From an uncultured Chloroflexia bacterium (lineage in GTDB: Bacteria; Chloroflexota; Limnocylindria; Limnocylindrales; CSP1-4): a DNA stretch of 64,000 nt. The number at the start of each line of letters is the position of its first letter. Position 1 is the first letter of the stretch. The notes beneath the pieces were generated by a model. That model had not been told where the DNA came from, did no database searches, and was given only the letters and a program-made list of their open reading frames with translations. The position numbers and the translations under genes were made by a program. The DNA is taken from contig CAWFNQ010000002.1 in assembly GCA_963817245.1 (NCBI GenBank), positions 35,281 through 99,280 on the forward strand. The letters are read 5' to 3'. Below are positions 47,129-57,294 of the stretch, in pieces.

Positions 47129-48525
47129 CATCGACGGCCGGGGGACCGACGACGGCCACGGAGTGGCCGGCCACACCCCTGCCGGACCGTGCCGCAAGGA
47201 GCGCGGCCGGCGCGGCGGTCCGCGCGACCGTGCCACCCGCCGACCTCGGGTCGTGGTCGCCCCGGAAGGACCGGGGCGATCCGATCGCCCTCCTCGAGGG
47301 ACAGGCGACGACCCGCCTACCCGACCTCGTGCCCGTCCGCTACGGGCGGATGGCGATCTCGCCGTTCACGTTCTATCGGGGCGCGGCCCTGCCGATGGCC
47401 GCGGACCTGTCGGTCGGCCCGCGCACGGATATCGAGGTCCAGCTGTGCGGGGACGCGCACCTCGTCAACTTCGGCCTCTTCGCGTCACCCGAACGCGACC
47501 TCGTCTTCGACATCAACGACTTCGACGAGACCCTGCGCGGGCCGTTCGAATTCGACCTGAAGCGGCTGGCGGCGAGCCTCGTCGTCGCCGGTCGGGACCG
47601 GGGCTTCGACGTCCACGAGAACCGCCACATCGTCCACCGGGCCATCCGCTCGTACCGCGACCGGATGGCCGGCTACGCGACGATGCGGGCGATCGACGTC
47701 TACTACGCCGAGCGTGGACGCGACCGGGGTCATGGCCTACGTCGACAAGCACGCGCGATCCATGATCGCAGGGGACCGTGAAGTCGGCCGCGCACCACGA
47801 CGCGCTCCACGAGCTCCCCAAGCTGACGGCCCTCGTCGACGGGCAGCGGCGCATCGTGGAGCACCCGCCGACGCTCGTGAAGCTCAAGGACATGACCCAG
47901 CCGCTCGCCGACGCGGCCCTCGAGGCCTACCGCGAGTCCCTCCAGGAGGACCGCCGCGTCCTGCTCGACCGGTACCGGCTCGCGGATTACGCGCTCAAGG
48001 TCGTCGGGCGTGGGCAGCGTCGGGCTGCTCGCCTTCGTCGCCCTGTTCATCGGCGACGCCGACGACGACCCGCTGTTCCTCCAGGCCAAGCAGGCCGAAG
48101 CGTCGGTGTACGAACGCTTCCTCCGGCCGAGCCGGCACGACGAGCCACGGGGAGCGCGTCGTCACCGGGCAGCGCCGGCTCCAGGGCGACGAGCGACATC
48201 CTGCTCGGTTGGGGCGGTCGGCGATGCGCGGCAATCACGCCTATATCCGCCAGCTCCAGGACCAGAAGGGCAGCGCGGTCGTCGACACGATGACGCTCGA
48301 GGACCTCGCGACGTGGGGCGAGTTGTGTGCATGGGCCCTCGCCCGCGGCCACGCCCGGTCAGGCCAGCCGGCCACGATCGCCGGGTACCTCGGGCACCGA
48401 CAACGGGTTCGAGCACGCGATGGCCGATCTTCGCCGACGCCTACGCCGACCAGAACGAGCAGGACCACGCCGCCATGCTGGCGGCCATCAAGAGCGGCCG
48501 GATCACCGCCCAGAGCGGCGTCTGA
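47125..48525 (+). pseudogene. DUF2252 family protein, about 5 frame changes
   Basis: LVPVRYGRMAISPFTFYRGAALPMAADL...VQLCGDAHLVNFGLFASPERDLVFDINDFDETLRGPFEFDLKRLAAS is DUF2252-like. Later pieces (AYVDKHARSM, HHDALHELPKLTALVDG, GSVGLLAFVALFIGDADDDPLFLQAKQA, YIRQLQDQKGSAVVDTM, FADAYADQNEQDHAAM) are spread over three frames. Confidence 0.75.
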
Positions 48526-48571
48526 TCCGAGGTCCCGCCGGGACCCCGCGATCGCGCCACGACGTCGATGG

Positions 48572-49183
48572 CTACCCGGCCGAGGTGTCGCCCGCCGCCT
48601 CAGCCGCGGTCTTGAGGGCCTCGGCCGTCTCCGCGTCGACCTCGGCCGTCTTCACCTCGGTCGCCGCCGGCATCGCGGCCTTCGCATCGGCCACGGCCGA
48701 GAGGTCCATGACGGCGACGATGCCCGAGCTGCCCGGCGTCAGGACGCTGGCCAACTCCGCGGCGACGTCATTGCGCGTCGCGAGGTTGGCGCCCTTGCCG
48801 ATCACCGCGCCGATCGCGCCGCCGGCGATGGCACCCGCGATGATGCTCGGCGGGAAGATGATGGCCAGGGCCACGCCGGCGGCGGCGCCCCAGGCCGTCC
48901 CTCTCCGGGTGTGGTGGTCCGTGAGCTTGCGGATCGAGATCTTGCCGTAGCCGTCCGCGTCGGCGACGAGGACCCCGTCGATCTTGAGGGCTCGCTCCGA
49001 CTCGGCCTGGCGGAGCGCGTCGTAGGCCGCCGCGGCCGCCGCCTGATCGGCGAAGCGCGCCACGAGCAGGACCTCGGTCCCCTGGACGGCCACCGCCGCT
49101 TCCGCGGCGATCCCGCGCTCATCGCCGACGGCCGCTGCCGCGACGACGACGGGCTCATCGGACGGATTCGTCTTGTCGGTCAT
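48572..49183 (-). CDS. DUF1269-like membrane protein
   Basis: 203 aa from ATG 49183 with a GGGGAGGA SD: ...LLVARFADQAAAAAAYDALRQAE...GAAAGVALAIIFPPSIIAGAIAGGAIGAVIG... The Gly-zipper TM region is typical of DUF1269. Confidence 0.65.
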   Translation of the reverse strand: MTDKTNPSDEPVVVAAAAVGDERGIAAEAAVAVQGTEVLLVARFADQAAAAAAYDALRQAESERALKIDGVLVADADGYGKISIRKLTDHHTRRGTAWGAAAGVALAIIFPPSIIAGAIAGGAIGAVIGKGANLATRNDVAAELASVLTPGSSGIVAVMDLSAVADAKAAMPAATEVKTAEVDAETAEALKTAAEAAGDTSAG

Positions 49184-49339
49184 GGTGTGGTCCTCCCCGA
49201 TCGGCGAGACGCGGCTGGTTGCCATCGCCAAGGTGCCGGACCGCCTATCTTGGCGGCTCCGAGCGCATCTGTCCTCAACGGCCTGTGAACGGACGACCAT
49301 CGTGCGAACCGTTGGAGCACGGCATCTGTGCCCGTCGGT

Positions 49340-50338
49340 TCAGAGGCGGGCGACCGCCCGTCCGAGCCGGTGCCGGTAATCGGTGTCCATGACACCGCGG
49401 GCGGCCGGGCCGAGCCGGCGGCGCAGCCGCTCCACCCGCGACGCCTGGCCCTCGGAGAAGCGGCCGATGGCGATGGGTGCGGCGTTCGTCGAGGCCGCTT
49501 CCGCCGCATAGGCGACCGCCGACGATGCCGCGGCGTGCCGGTCGTGGATCTCACCGAGCTGGTCCTGCAGGATCACGACCCGGCGGATCAGGTCGGTCGC
49601 CGGCGGGCCGAGCGGCTCACGGACGAACTCGAGCGTATAGCGCAGCCACTTGGCCTCGATCCGCAACTGGTGCAGGGCGACGATGTCCACCAGCTCGAGC
49701 TCGGCGCCGTAGGCCGAGACCGCCTGGTAGTCCCCCCACAGGACGGACGGGACGCGATCGCGGACGAGGTTCGGGGTTCGCGGCGCCACGACGCGGGCCG
49801 CGGCCCCGGGGGTCTCGACGAAGGCGGCGAGGCCAGTGGCGACGTCGGCGAACCACGGCGAGGCGATGACCGCGGCCAGATCGGCGTGGCGCGCGGCGCG
49901 ATCGGCCTCCCACGCGGCGGCGAGGACGCGCAAGCCGGCGCGATCGCGTTTCGAGCGGCGGCGCGCGTCGTCGGCGAGGAGCCCCAGCCAGACGTCCAGG
50001 TCGCGGACCACGCCGAGGCGACCGCCGAGCAGTCGCAGGTCGTCGAGATGGGCGCGCGTGACCCGGCGGTCGTACGCGCCACCGAAGACCCGCATCGCGG
50101 CCCGCATCCGGCGGGTCGCCACGCGCATCGCGTGGACCTCCTCCGGGTCCTCCCCCGAGACGACGCCGGCCGCGCGCGCCAGGACCCGGCCGAGGTGGCC
50201 GGCCAGGACCTTGCGGCCGGCTTCCGACCACGGATCGTCGGCCCGGACCTCGACGACCGGCGCCGCACCCAGGCGCTCCGCCAACGGGAGGATCGTCTCC
50301 TGCCACGGACCCGCCAGCTGGCGGATGGCCGCGCTCAT
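49340..50338 (-). CDS. CHAD domain-containing protein
   Basis: ...EEVHAMRVATRRMRAAMRVF...LGVVRDLDV...LHQLRIEAKWLRYTLEF...LQDQLGEIHD is the CHAD helical-repeat pattern. Preferred start is MSAAIRQL (50338). Confidence 0.75.
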   Translation of the reverse strand: MSAAIRQLAGPWQETILPLAERLGAAPVVEVRADDPWSEAGRKVLAGHLGRVLARAAGVVSGEDPEEVHAMRVATRRMRAAMRVFGGAYDRRVTRAHLDDLRLLGGRLGVVRDLDVWLGLLADDARRRSKRDRAGLRVLAAAWEADRAARHADLAAVIASPWFADVATGLAAFVETPGAAARVVAPRTPNLVRDRVPSVLWGDYQAVSAYGAELELVDIVALHQLRIEAKWLRYTLEFVREPLGPPATDLIRRVVILQDQLGEIHDRHAAASSAVAYAAEAASTNAAPIAIGRFSEGQASRVERLRRRLGPAARGVMDTDYRHRLGRAVARL

Positions 50339-50342
50339 CGGG

Positions 50343-53108
50343 TCAGGCCGCGGCGGCCACAGCCGCCGGCGCCTCGACGACGGGCTCGTCACCCGTGCGT
50401 ATCTTGAGCAGCTTCCTGGCCTCCTCGACGACGATGAGCGACAGGCTCACCAGGATGCAGACCGCCCATTGGTCGGCCGTCAGGCTCACGGTCCCGAGGA
50501 TCCGCTGCAGGACGCCCAGCTCGGTGGCGAGGATGATCGACAGGACGGAGATTCCCGTCCCGATCAGCAGGGGCTGGTTCGAGAGGATCGTGCCGCTGAA
50601 CAGCGACTCGTCCTCGTCCGCGGTCTCGAGTGACGAGAACAGGCGGAACAGCGCGAACGTGGTGACGCCCATCGTCCGAGCGACGACGTCGCCGTAGGCC
50701 GCGTCGCTCCAGGCCAGGACGCCGAGCGTGCCGGCGGCCATGACCAGGCCGCACAACACGAGCCAGCGCATCAGGCGCGGCGGCATGATCTTCTGCTCCT
50801 TCGGCCGCGGCGGGACCTCCATGAGGCCCTCGCGCGGCTTGCCGTAGCCAAGGCCGATCGCCTGGAAGACGTTCACGGTGAAGTTGAGCCACATCGTCTG
50901 GAGCGGCAGGAACGGGATCCCGCCCAGGATGTTCAGGAGGGACGAGCCGAGGAACGTCGCGATGAATGCGAACAGGCCCGCCATCTGGAACCGGATGAAC
51001 CGCATGAGGTTGTCGTAGACCGCGCGTCCGAGGCCGACGGCCTTCACGATCGTCGCGTAGTTGTCGTCGGTGAGGATCATGACGGCGGCCTGCTTCGAGA
51101 CCTCCGTGCCGGTGATGCCCATCGCGATGCCGATGTCGGCCTTCTTGAGGGCCGGCGCATCGTTGACGCCGTCCCCGGTCATCCCGACGACGTGGCCCTT
51201 CTTGCGCAGGATGTCCACGAGGTGGACCTTGTCCTCGGGTGACACGCGGGCGATGACACCGATCCCGTCGATCTGGCGCATCGCCTCGTCGTCGCTCATC
51301 GCGCGGAACTCGGCGCCGGTGATCGCCCGGCCTTCGATGCCGAGCTGGTGGGCGATCGCCTCGGCGGTGACCGCGTGGTCACCGGTGATCATCCGGACCT
51401 GGATGCCCGCCGCGTGCGCCTGGGCGATGGCCGCCTTGGCGGCCGGCCGTGGCGGATCGACGATGCCGACGATCGCCAGGAGCGTGAGCCCCTGGATCGC
51501 CGGAAGCAGGTCGGCGTTCGGGTCGAACGTCGCCGGATCGAAGTCCTTCTGGCCGGTGGCCATGACGCGCAGGCCCTAGCGTGCCGAGTCGTTCGTTCTC
51601 GGCGAGGTAGGCGTCGCGCAGCTGGGCGATCGGGACCTCGGTGCCGTCCGGCCCATGCGCGGAGACGGCGCGGGCCAGGAGCTGGTCCGGCGCGCCCTTG
51701 ATGTAGCCGCGGATGACGTCCTTGCCGCTGGCGTCCTTCATCCGATGGAACGTCGCCATCATCTTGTAGGCCGCGTCGAACGGCAGGGTCGCGACCCGCG
51801 GGTACTGCTCGCGGGTGAGCGTGGGGTCGACGCCACCCTTGGCGGCCAGGACCACGAGGGCGCCCTCGGTCGGGTCGCCGACGAGTGCGCCGTCACGGAC
51901 CTCGGCGTCGGCGCACAGGGCCATCGGTAGCAGGTATTGCTCGAGCGGCACCTCCGGCTGGCCGCCGGTGTGGGTGATCTGGCCGGTCGTCGAATAGCCG
52001 TCGCCGCTGATCGCGTAGCGTCGGCCGACGATCGCCATCTGGACGGCAGTCATCTGGTTGAGGGTGAGCGTCCCGGTCTTGTCGCTGTTGAGCGCCGACG
52101 TCGACCCGAGGGTCTCCACGGAGCGAAGGCGCTTCATGATCGCGCCGGCCGCGGCGAGCGTCTGGGAGCCCTTCGACAGGATGGCCGTGACGACGGCCGG
52201 GAGCGCGGTGGGGATCGCCGCGACCGAGAACGCCACCGCGCTCAGGAACAGCTCCTGCGCCTGGACGCCGCGGTACAGACCGAGCGCGATCGAGATGACG
52301 AGCGCGATGCCGGCGATGACCAGGATCTGATTGGTGAGCGCGTCGAGCTGCTTGGTGAGCGGCGTCTTCTCGACCGTGGTGGCCTGGAGCATGCCACTGA
52401 TGTGGCCCACCTCGGTCGCCATCCCGGTCGTGGTGACGAGGACGGTCCCCGCGCCGCGGGTGACCTGGCAGTTCATGAACGCCATGTCGACCCGGTCGCC
52501 GAGCGCGGCGTCCGCGGCAACGGCCTCGACTTGCTTGGGCGTCGGGACGCTCTCGCCGGTGAGCGCGGACTCGTCGATCTCGAGGGTCGCGGCCGAGAGG
52601 ATCCGCGCGTCCGCCGGTACGAGGTCCCCGGCCTCGATGTTGACGATGTCGCCGGGGACCAGCTGGTCCATCGGGATCTCGACGAGGTCGCCGTTTCGCC
52701 GGACCTTGGCCTTGACGACCATCATGCTCTCGAGCGCCGAGGCGCTCGCCTCGGCCTTGCCCTCCTGGTTCATCGCCATCCAGGCGTTGAACATCGTGAG
52801 CAGGATCAGGAAGACGCCGGTGTAGAACTGGCCGGGCAGGAACAGGCAGATCACGCCCGCGATCAGGAGCACGATCTGCATCGGGTCGGCGTACTGGCGG
52901 GTGAACAGCTGCAGCTTCGAAGCCTTCTTCGCCTCGGCGAAGGCGTTCGGGCCATAGGTCGCCCGCCTGCCATCTGCCTCGGCGGCCGTCAGTCCGACGC
53001 CAGGGTCGACCTTCAGGCGAGACGCCGCCTCCTCGGCGACAGCGCGAACCAGGCGACCTCGGGCGGCGTCGCGGCCGCTGTCGTCGCCGGACCGGTGGAC
53101 GCCGTCAT
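50343..53108 (-). pseudogene. Cation-transporting P-type ATPase (P2-like), 2 frame changes (near 53030 and 51574-76)
   Basis: N-terminal, hand-translated: AEEAASRLKVDPGVGLTAAEADGRRATYGPNAFAE. Also present: ...TGESVP...SDKTGTLTLNQM...; after the frame break GLRVMATGQKDF...MITGDHAVTA...GMTGDGVNDAPALKKADIGIAMG. ATG 53108 overlaps the PPK2 stop (ATGA). Confidence 0.85.
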
Positions 53109-54136
53109 GAGCCCTTCCCCTTCGCCTTCTTGCGCTTCCGATCGGCTTTCGCTTGCATCTCGGCGGCGTAGGGATCGGGTTCGGCGCCCTTGGGGGCCTG
53201 CGCTTCGAGGACGTCCTTCGCTGCCGCGAGGTCGGCCAGCTGGTCCTTCGAGACCTTCGGGTACTTCGGGTCGATCTCGATCAGGGTGTGCGCCAGCACG
53301 CCGGCGGCGGCGACCCGCGCGAACGGCTTGTCATCGGCCGGGATCACGTACCACGGCGCCCAACTCGTGCTGGTCTTGCTCAGGACGTCCGAGAACGCCT
53401 TCTGGTAGTCGTCCCAATGCTCGCGCTCCCGGGCGTCGGCGCTCGAGAACTTCCAGTTCTTGTCGGGCTCGTCGATCCGTGACAGGAACCGGCGCCGCTG
53501 TTCCTCGTGACTCAGGTTGAGGAAGAGCTTGACGAACCGGAATCCCTGGTCGGTCAGGTAATGCTCCCAGTCGTTGATCTCCCGGAACCGGCGGTTCCAG
53601 ATCCCGGGACCACGGACCGAGCGCGGAAGCTTCTGCTTGTCGAGGATCGCCGGGTGGACCCGGACGACGAGGAGCTCCTCGTAGTACGAGCGGTTGAAGA
53701 TCCCGATATCGCCCCGCGCCGGCAGCTTCCGGGCATACCGCCACAGGTAGTCGTGATCCAGATCGGTCGCCGACGGTTGCTTGAAGCTCGAGACCTGGAC
53801 GCCCTGCGGGTTCACCCCGCTCATCACGTGGCGGATCGTGCCGTCCTTTCCGGCAGCATCCATCGCCTGCAGGAGCATGATCACGCCATAGTCGTCCTGC
53901 GCCGCGAGCCGCGACTGGTACTCGGCGAGCATCTGGACCCCCTGCGCGAGGAACTCCTTGGCCTCGCGCTTGCTCGCGCGGCCGGAACCGGCGGCGGGAT
54001 CGAAGTCGTGGGGCAGGCGGACCTTGCGTCCGGGCTCCACGCGGAACTGCTCGACGAATTCGGCGATGCGCTTCGGACCGATCTCGACCACTACAGGGCC
54101 CTCCTCCCGCTCACCACCGGTCGATGGGCCGCCCAT
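53105..54136 (-). CDS. ppk2: Polyphosphate kinase 2 family protein
   Basis: VIMLLQAMDAAGKDGTIRHVMSGVNPQGVQVSSFK...YLWRYARKLPARGDIGIFNRSYYE...FLNLSHEEQRRRFLSRIDEPDKNWKFSSAD are PPK2 Walker A/lid motifs. 343 aa, intact. Confidence 0.85.
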   Translation of the reverse strand: MGGPSTGGEREEGPVVVEIGPKRIAEFVEQFRVEPGRKVRLPHDFDPAAGSGRASKREAKEFLAQGVQMLAEYQSRLAAQDDYGVIMLLQAMDAAGKDGTIRHVMSGVNPQGVQVSSFKQPSATDLDHDYLWRYARKLPARGDIGIFNRSYYEELLVVRVHPAILDKQKLPRSVRGPGIWNRRFREINDWEHYLTDQGFRFVKLFLNLSHEEQRRRFLSRIDEPDKNWKFSSADAREREHWDDYQKAFSDVLSKTSTSWAPWYVIPADDKPFARVAAAGVLAHTLIEIDPKYPKVSKDQLADLAAAKDVLEAQAPKGAEPDPYAAEMQAKADRKRKKAKGKGS

Positions 54137-54229
54137 CGTACCGATTGCGGTGGATGCTCGCCACGCGGTCTCGTACCGGGCCGAACCGGGCCGGACGGTC
54201 CCGACGGACCCTCCCGTCGAGGAGACGGC

Positions 54230-55345
54230 TCAGGCGCTCGGGACCACCGAGGCGCTCTTGGCGGGCGACATCGCGTCGCGCAGCTCGAGCGGCGCCAGGG
54301 TCCCGAGCGATTCGGCGACGACGATCGCGTCATCACCGACCTCGAGGCGGAAGTCCGAGTGCGGATTGACGAAGGCCCGGCCGCCTCGGTTCACCGAGAG
54401 GAGCGTCGCCTTGTGGTCGTTGCGCAGGCGGGACGCGACCTCGTCGATCGAGAGCCCGTGGTACTCGTCCGGCAGGGTGATGCGGTACAGCTCCGAGCCC
54501 TCCCCGCCCGACACGATGTCGGTCACGATCGCGGTGAGCCCCGGGTAGAGCGCCGAGCGGGCCAGGAGATGCGAGGCGACCTTGGACGTGACGAGCAGCT
54601 CGTCGACCTCGGCCCGCCGGAAGTGCGGCTCGTGGCGCGGGTTGTTCACCTCGGACACGGTCCTGACGCCGGGCGCGACCGACTTGACCGCCATGATCGT
54701 GAGGATCGAGTGCATATCGGCCTCGTCCGATGAATTGACGGGGAACACGATCGCGGCGCCGGCCTCCTCGATGCCCGCCCGCGCAAGGTCATCGGCGTTC
54801 GTCGTGTCACCACGGACGAAATAGACGCCGCTGCCGCCGGGGTTCTTCTCGACGTCCGCGAGCAGTACGACCTTCTGCTTGTAGTCGTCACCGCGCAGCT
54901 CGTCGATGAGGTCGCGGGCGGTGCTGTTCCAGCCACAGACGACGATGTGGTCCTTGAACCCCGACGCTCCCAATCCCTGGCCCTCCTTGAGCAGGAAGTC
55001 GATGACCATCGCGACGAGGGCGCCGGTGATCATGCCGAGCATGGCGACGCCGAACAGGATGAGCAACCAGCCGACGGCCCGCCCGCCCGGCGAGGTGACG
55101 AAGCCCGAGTCCCCCTGGCCGAGGACGGTGGCGATCCCCCAGTTGAACGAGTCGAAGATCGACTCGAGCGTCCACGGCTTCTCGAAGAGCGTGATGAGGA
55201 CCGCGGCCACCAGGACGAAGCCGACGATCCCTTCGACGAGGGTCAGGAAGAAGCGCCGGTCGAGGTTGCCGGCGACGCGACGGACGTGCCATGCGACGCG
55301 ACGGACGATCGGGCTCGCGATGCTCGGCAGGGGAAGGCGGCCCAT
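54230..55345 (-). CDS. Two-TM ion channel with RCK/TrkA-N and TrkA-C domains (K+-channel-like, non-canonical filter)
   Basis: The pore region is FNWGIATVLGQGDSG, where TVGYGD is expected. RCK is HIVVCGWNSTARDLIDEL... The TrkA-C-like tail is ...RITLPDEYHGLSIDEVASRL. Start at ATG 55345; the upstream part of the ORF is judged spurious. Confidence 0.75.
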   Translation of the reverse strand: MGRLPLPSIASPIVRRVAWHVRRVAGNLDRRFFLTLVEGIVGFVLVAAVLITLFEKPWTLESIFDSFNWGIATVLGQGDSGFVTSPGGRAVGWLLILFGVAMLGMITGALVAMVIDFLLKEGQGLGASGFKDHIVVCGWNSTARDLIDELRGDDYKQKVVLLADVEKNPGGSGVYFVRGDTTNADDLARAGIEEAGAAIVFPVNSSDEADMHSILTIMAVKSVAPGVRTVSEVNNPRHEPHFRRAEVDELLVTSKVASHLLARSALYPGLTAIVTDIVSGGEGSELYRITLPDEYHGLSIDEVASRLRNDHKATLLSVNRGGRAFVNPHSDFRLEVGDDAIVVAESLGTLAPLELRDAMSPAKSASVVPSA

Positions 55346-55502
55346 GGCCGCGATCGTGCCACATCGCCGCCCGGGGTCGCTCGGCGAGCCCGACGATCGC
55401 GGCGAGCCCGACGATCGCGGGTACCCCGACCACGAGTGACCCGGCCGCGCCGATATCATCGGCGGGCTGACCCATCGGATCGAGCCGGGACGGAGGTGCG
55501 CG

Positions 55503-56493
55503 GTGCTCGCGATCCGTATCGACATCCATGGCGGACCGGAGGTGCTCCAGCCCGTCGAGTTGCCAGTCCCTACGCCCGCGCCGGATGAGGTCCTCGTTCG
55601 CCACGAGTGGATCGGCGTCAACTATGTCGACACCCAGCACCGGGCGGGCGCGCCGTACCCGGTCCACTTGCCGCTCATCCCCGGCATCGAGGCGGCCGGC
55701 GTCGTCGTGCGGCCGGGCGCGGGCGTCCGCGACCTCGCGGTCGGGGACCGGGTCGCCTATGGCGGGCCCATGGTCGGGGTCTACGCGGAGTCCGCGGCCG
55801 TCCCCCGGTCCGTCCTGGTGCGTGTCCCGGACGGCCTCACGACCCGCGACGCGGCCGCAGTCCTCCTCCAGGGGATGACCGCCCACCTCATGACCCACGA
55901 TGTCCACACGGGCCGCCCGGGCGAGACCGCGCTGGTCCATGCCGCGGCCGGCGGCACCGGCTCGCTCCTCGTGCAGTTCCTTCGATGCCCAGGGCGTGAC
56001 GGTCATCGCAAGCGCCTCGGCCGGCCCGAAGGCGGCCTACCTTCGAGAGCTCGGCGTGGCGCACGTCCTGGATTCGCGGCGGCCGGATCTGGCCGAGGCC
56101 GTTCGGGCGATCGTGCCCGGCGGCGTGGACGTCGTCTTCGACTCCGTCGGCCGGGCGACGTTCGAGACGACGCTGCGCGCCGTGCGGCCGATGGGCCTGA
56201 TCGTCGCGTTCGGACAGTCGAGCGGACCGGTCGCGCCGATCGACATCGCGCGCCTGTCCGGCCTGACCGGGGAGGGTCTGCCCGGCTCGCTCACCCTGAC
56301 CTGGCCGACACTCAGCGACCACAACGCCGCGCGCGAGGCCCTCGTGACCCGGGCGGCTGCCGTGTTCGAGGCGGTCCTCGATGGCACCCTGCGGCCAGCG
56401 ATCGCAGCCGCGCTGCCGCTCCGGGACGCCGCCCGGGCGCACGAGCGTCTCGAGTCGCGCGACCTCATCGGAAAGGTGCTCCTGGAAGCCTGA
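55503..56493 (+). pseudogene. Quinone oxidoreductase / zeta-crystallin-type MDR, one frame change near 55985
   Basis: GGPEVLQPVELPVPTPAPDEVLVRHEWIGVNYVDT...GIEAAGVV...VHAAAGGTGSLLVQF, then in another frame AQGVTVIASASAGPKAAYLRELGVAHV...GKVLLEA*. Confidence 0.8.
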
Positions 56494-56535
56494 CGGATCA
56501 GGCCGGCCTCGCCGGGCCGGCCGGGGTCGGCCGGG

Positions 56536-57286
56536 TCAGGACGGGTCCTCGAGCGCGATGCGGATCCGCTTGTTGATGCGCCCCTTCGACTCGTAGCCCG
56601 TGACCCGGATGCGGCCGACCTCGCGCGTGTTCGAGACGTGGGTCCCGCCGTCGGCCTGCAGGTCGAGCCCGACGATCTCGATCGTCCGGATCTCCTCGAT
56701 GCCCACGGGCAGCAGGTTCACCTTGGTGCGGATGAGATCCGGGATGGCGAACGCCTCGGCCCGGGGCAGCACCGCGACACGGACGTCGCGCGCCTTGGCG
56801 AGCTCGTCGTTGACCGTCGCCTCGATCGCGTCCGACGAGGTCCCCCGACATCCGTTCGAACTCGAAGTCCATCCGCCCGGCGCCCGGTTCCATGTTCCCG
56901 CCGGTCACCAGCGCGCCGTAGTCGCGCCAGACCACGCCGCACAGGGCGTGGAGCGCCGTATGCGTCCGCATGAGCTGGAGCCGTCGAGCCCAGTCGAGGT
57001 CGACCTCGAGCGTGTCGCCGACGGCCGGCGGGTCCCCGTCCGTCGGGTCGAGCTCGTGGACGATCTCGCCGTCGAGCTTGCGCGCGGCACGGACCGTCCA
57101 GGTCCGCCCGTCCGCGGCGCGAAGGAACAACCCCCGATCCGACGGCTGACCGCCGCCACCCGGGTAGAAGACCGTCCGGTCGAGGACGACGAGCGTGGTT
57201 TCGCCGGCATCGACCGCGCGGACGCGCGCCTCCGTGGCGCGCGCATACGCGTCCGTGTAGCAGAGCTGCTGGCCGGTCGGGGTCAC
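56536..57286 (-). pseudogene. AlaX-like alanyl-tRNA editing protein (tRNA_SAD/HxxxH family), one frame change near 56800
   Basis: YTDAYARATEARV...VLDRTVFYPGGGGQPSD...MRTHTALHALCGVV...GGNMEPGAGRMDFEF, then in another frame ...VLPRAEAFAIPDLIRTKVNLLP...LQADGGTHVSNTREVGRIRV... Confidence 0.75.
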
Positions 57287-57294
57287 CGCAGGAC

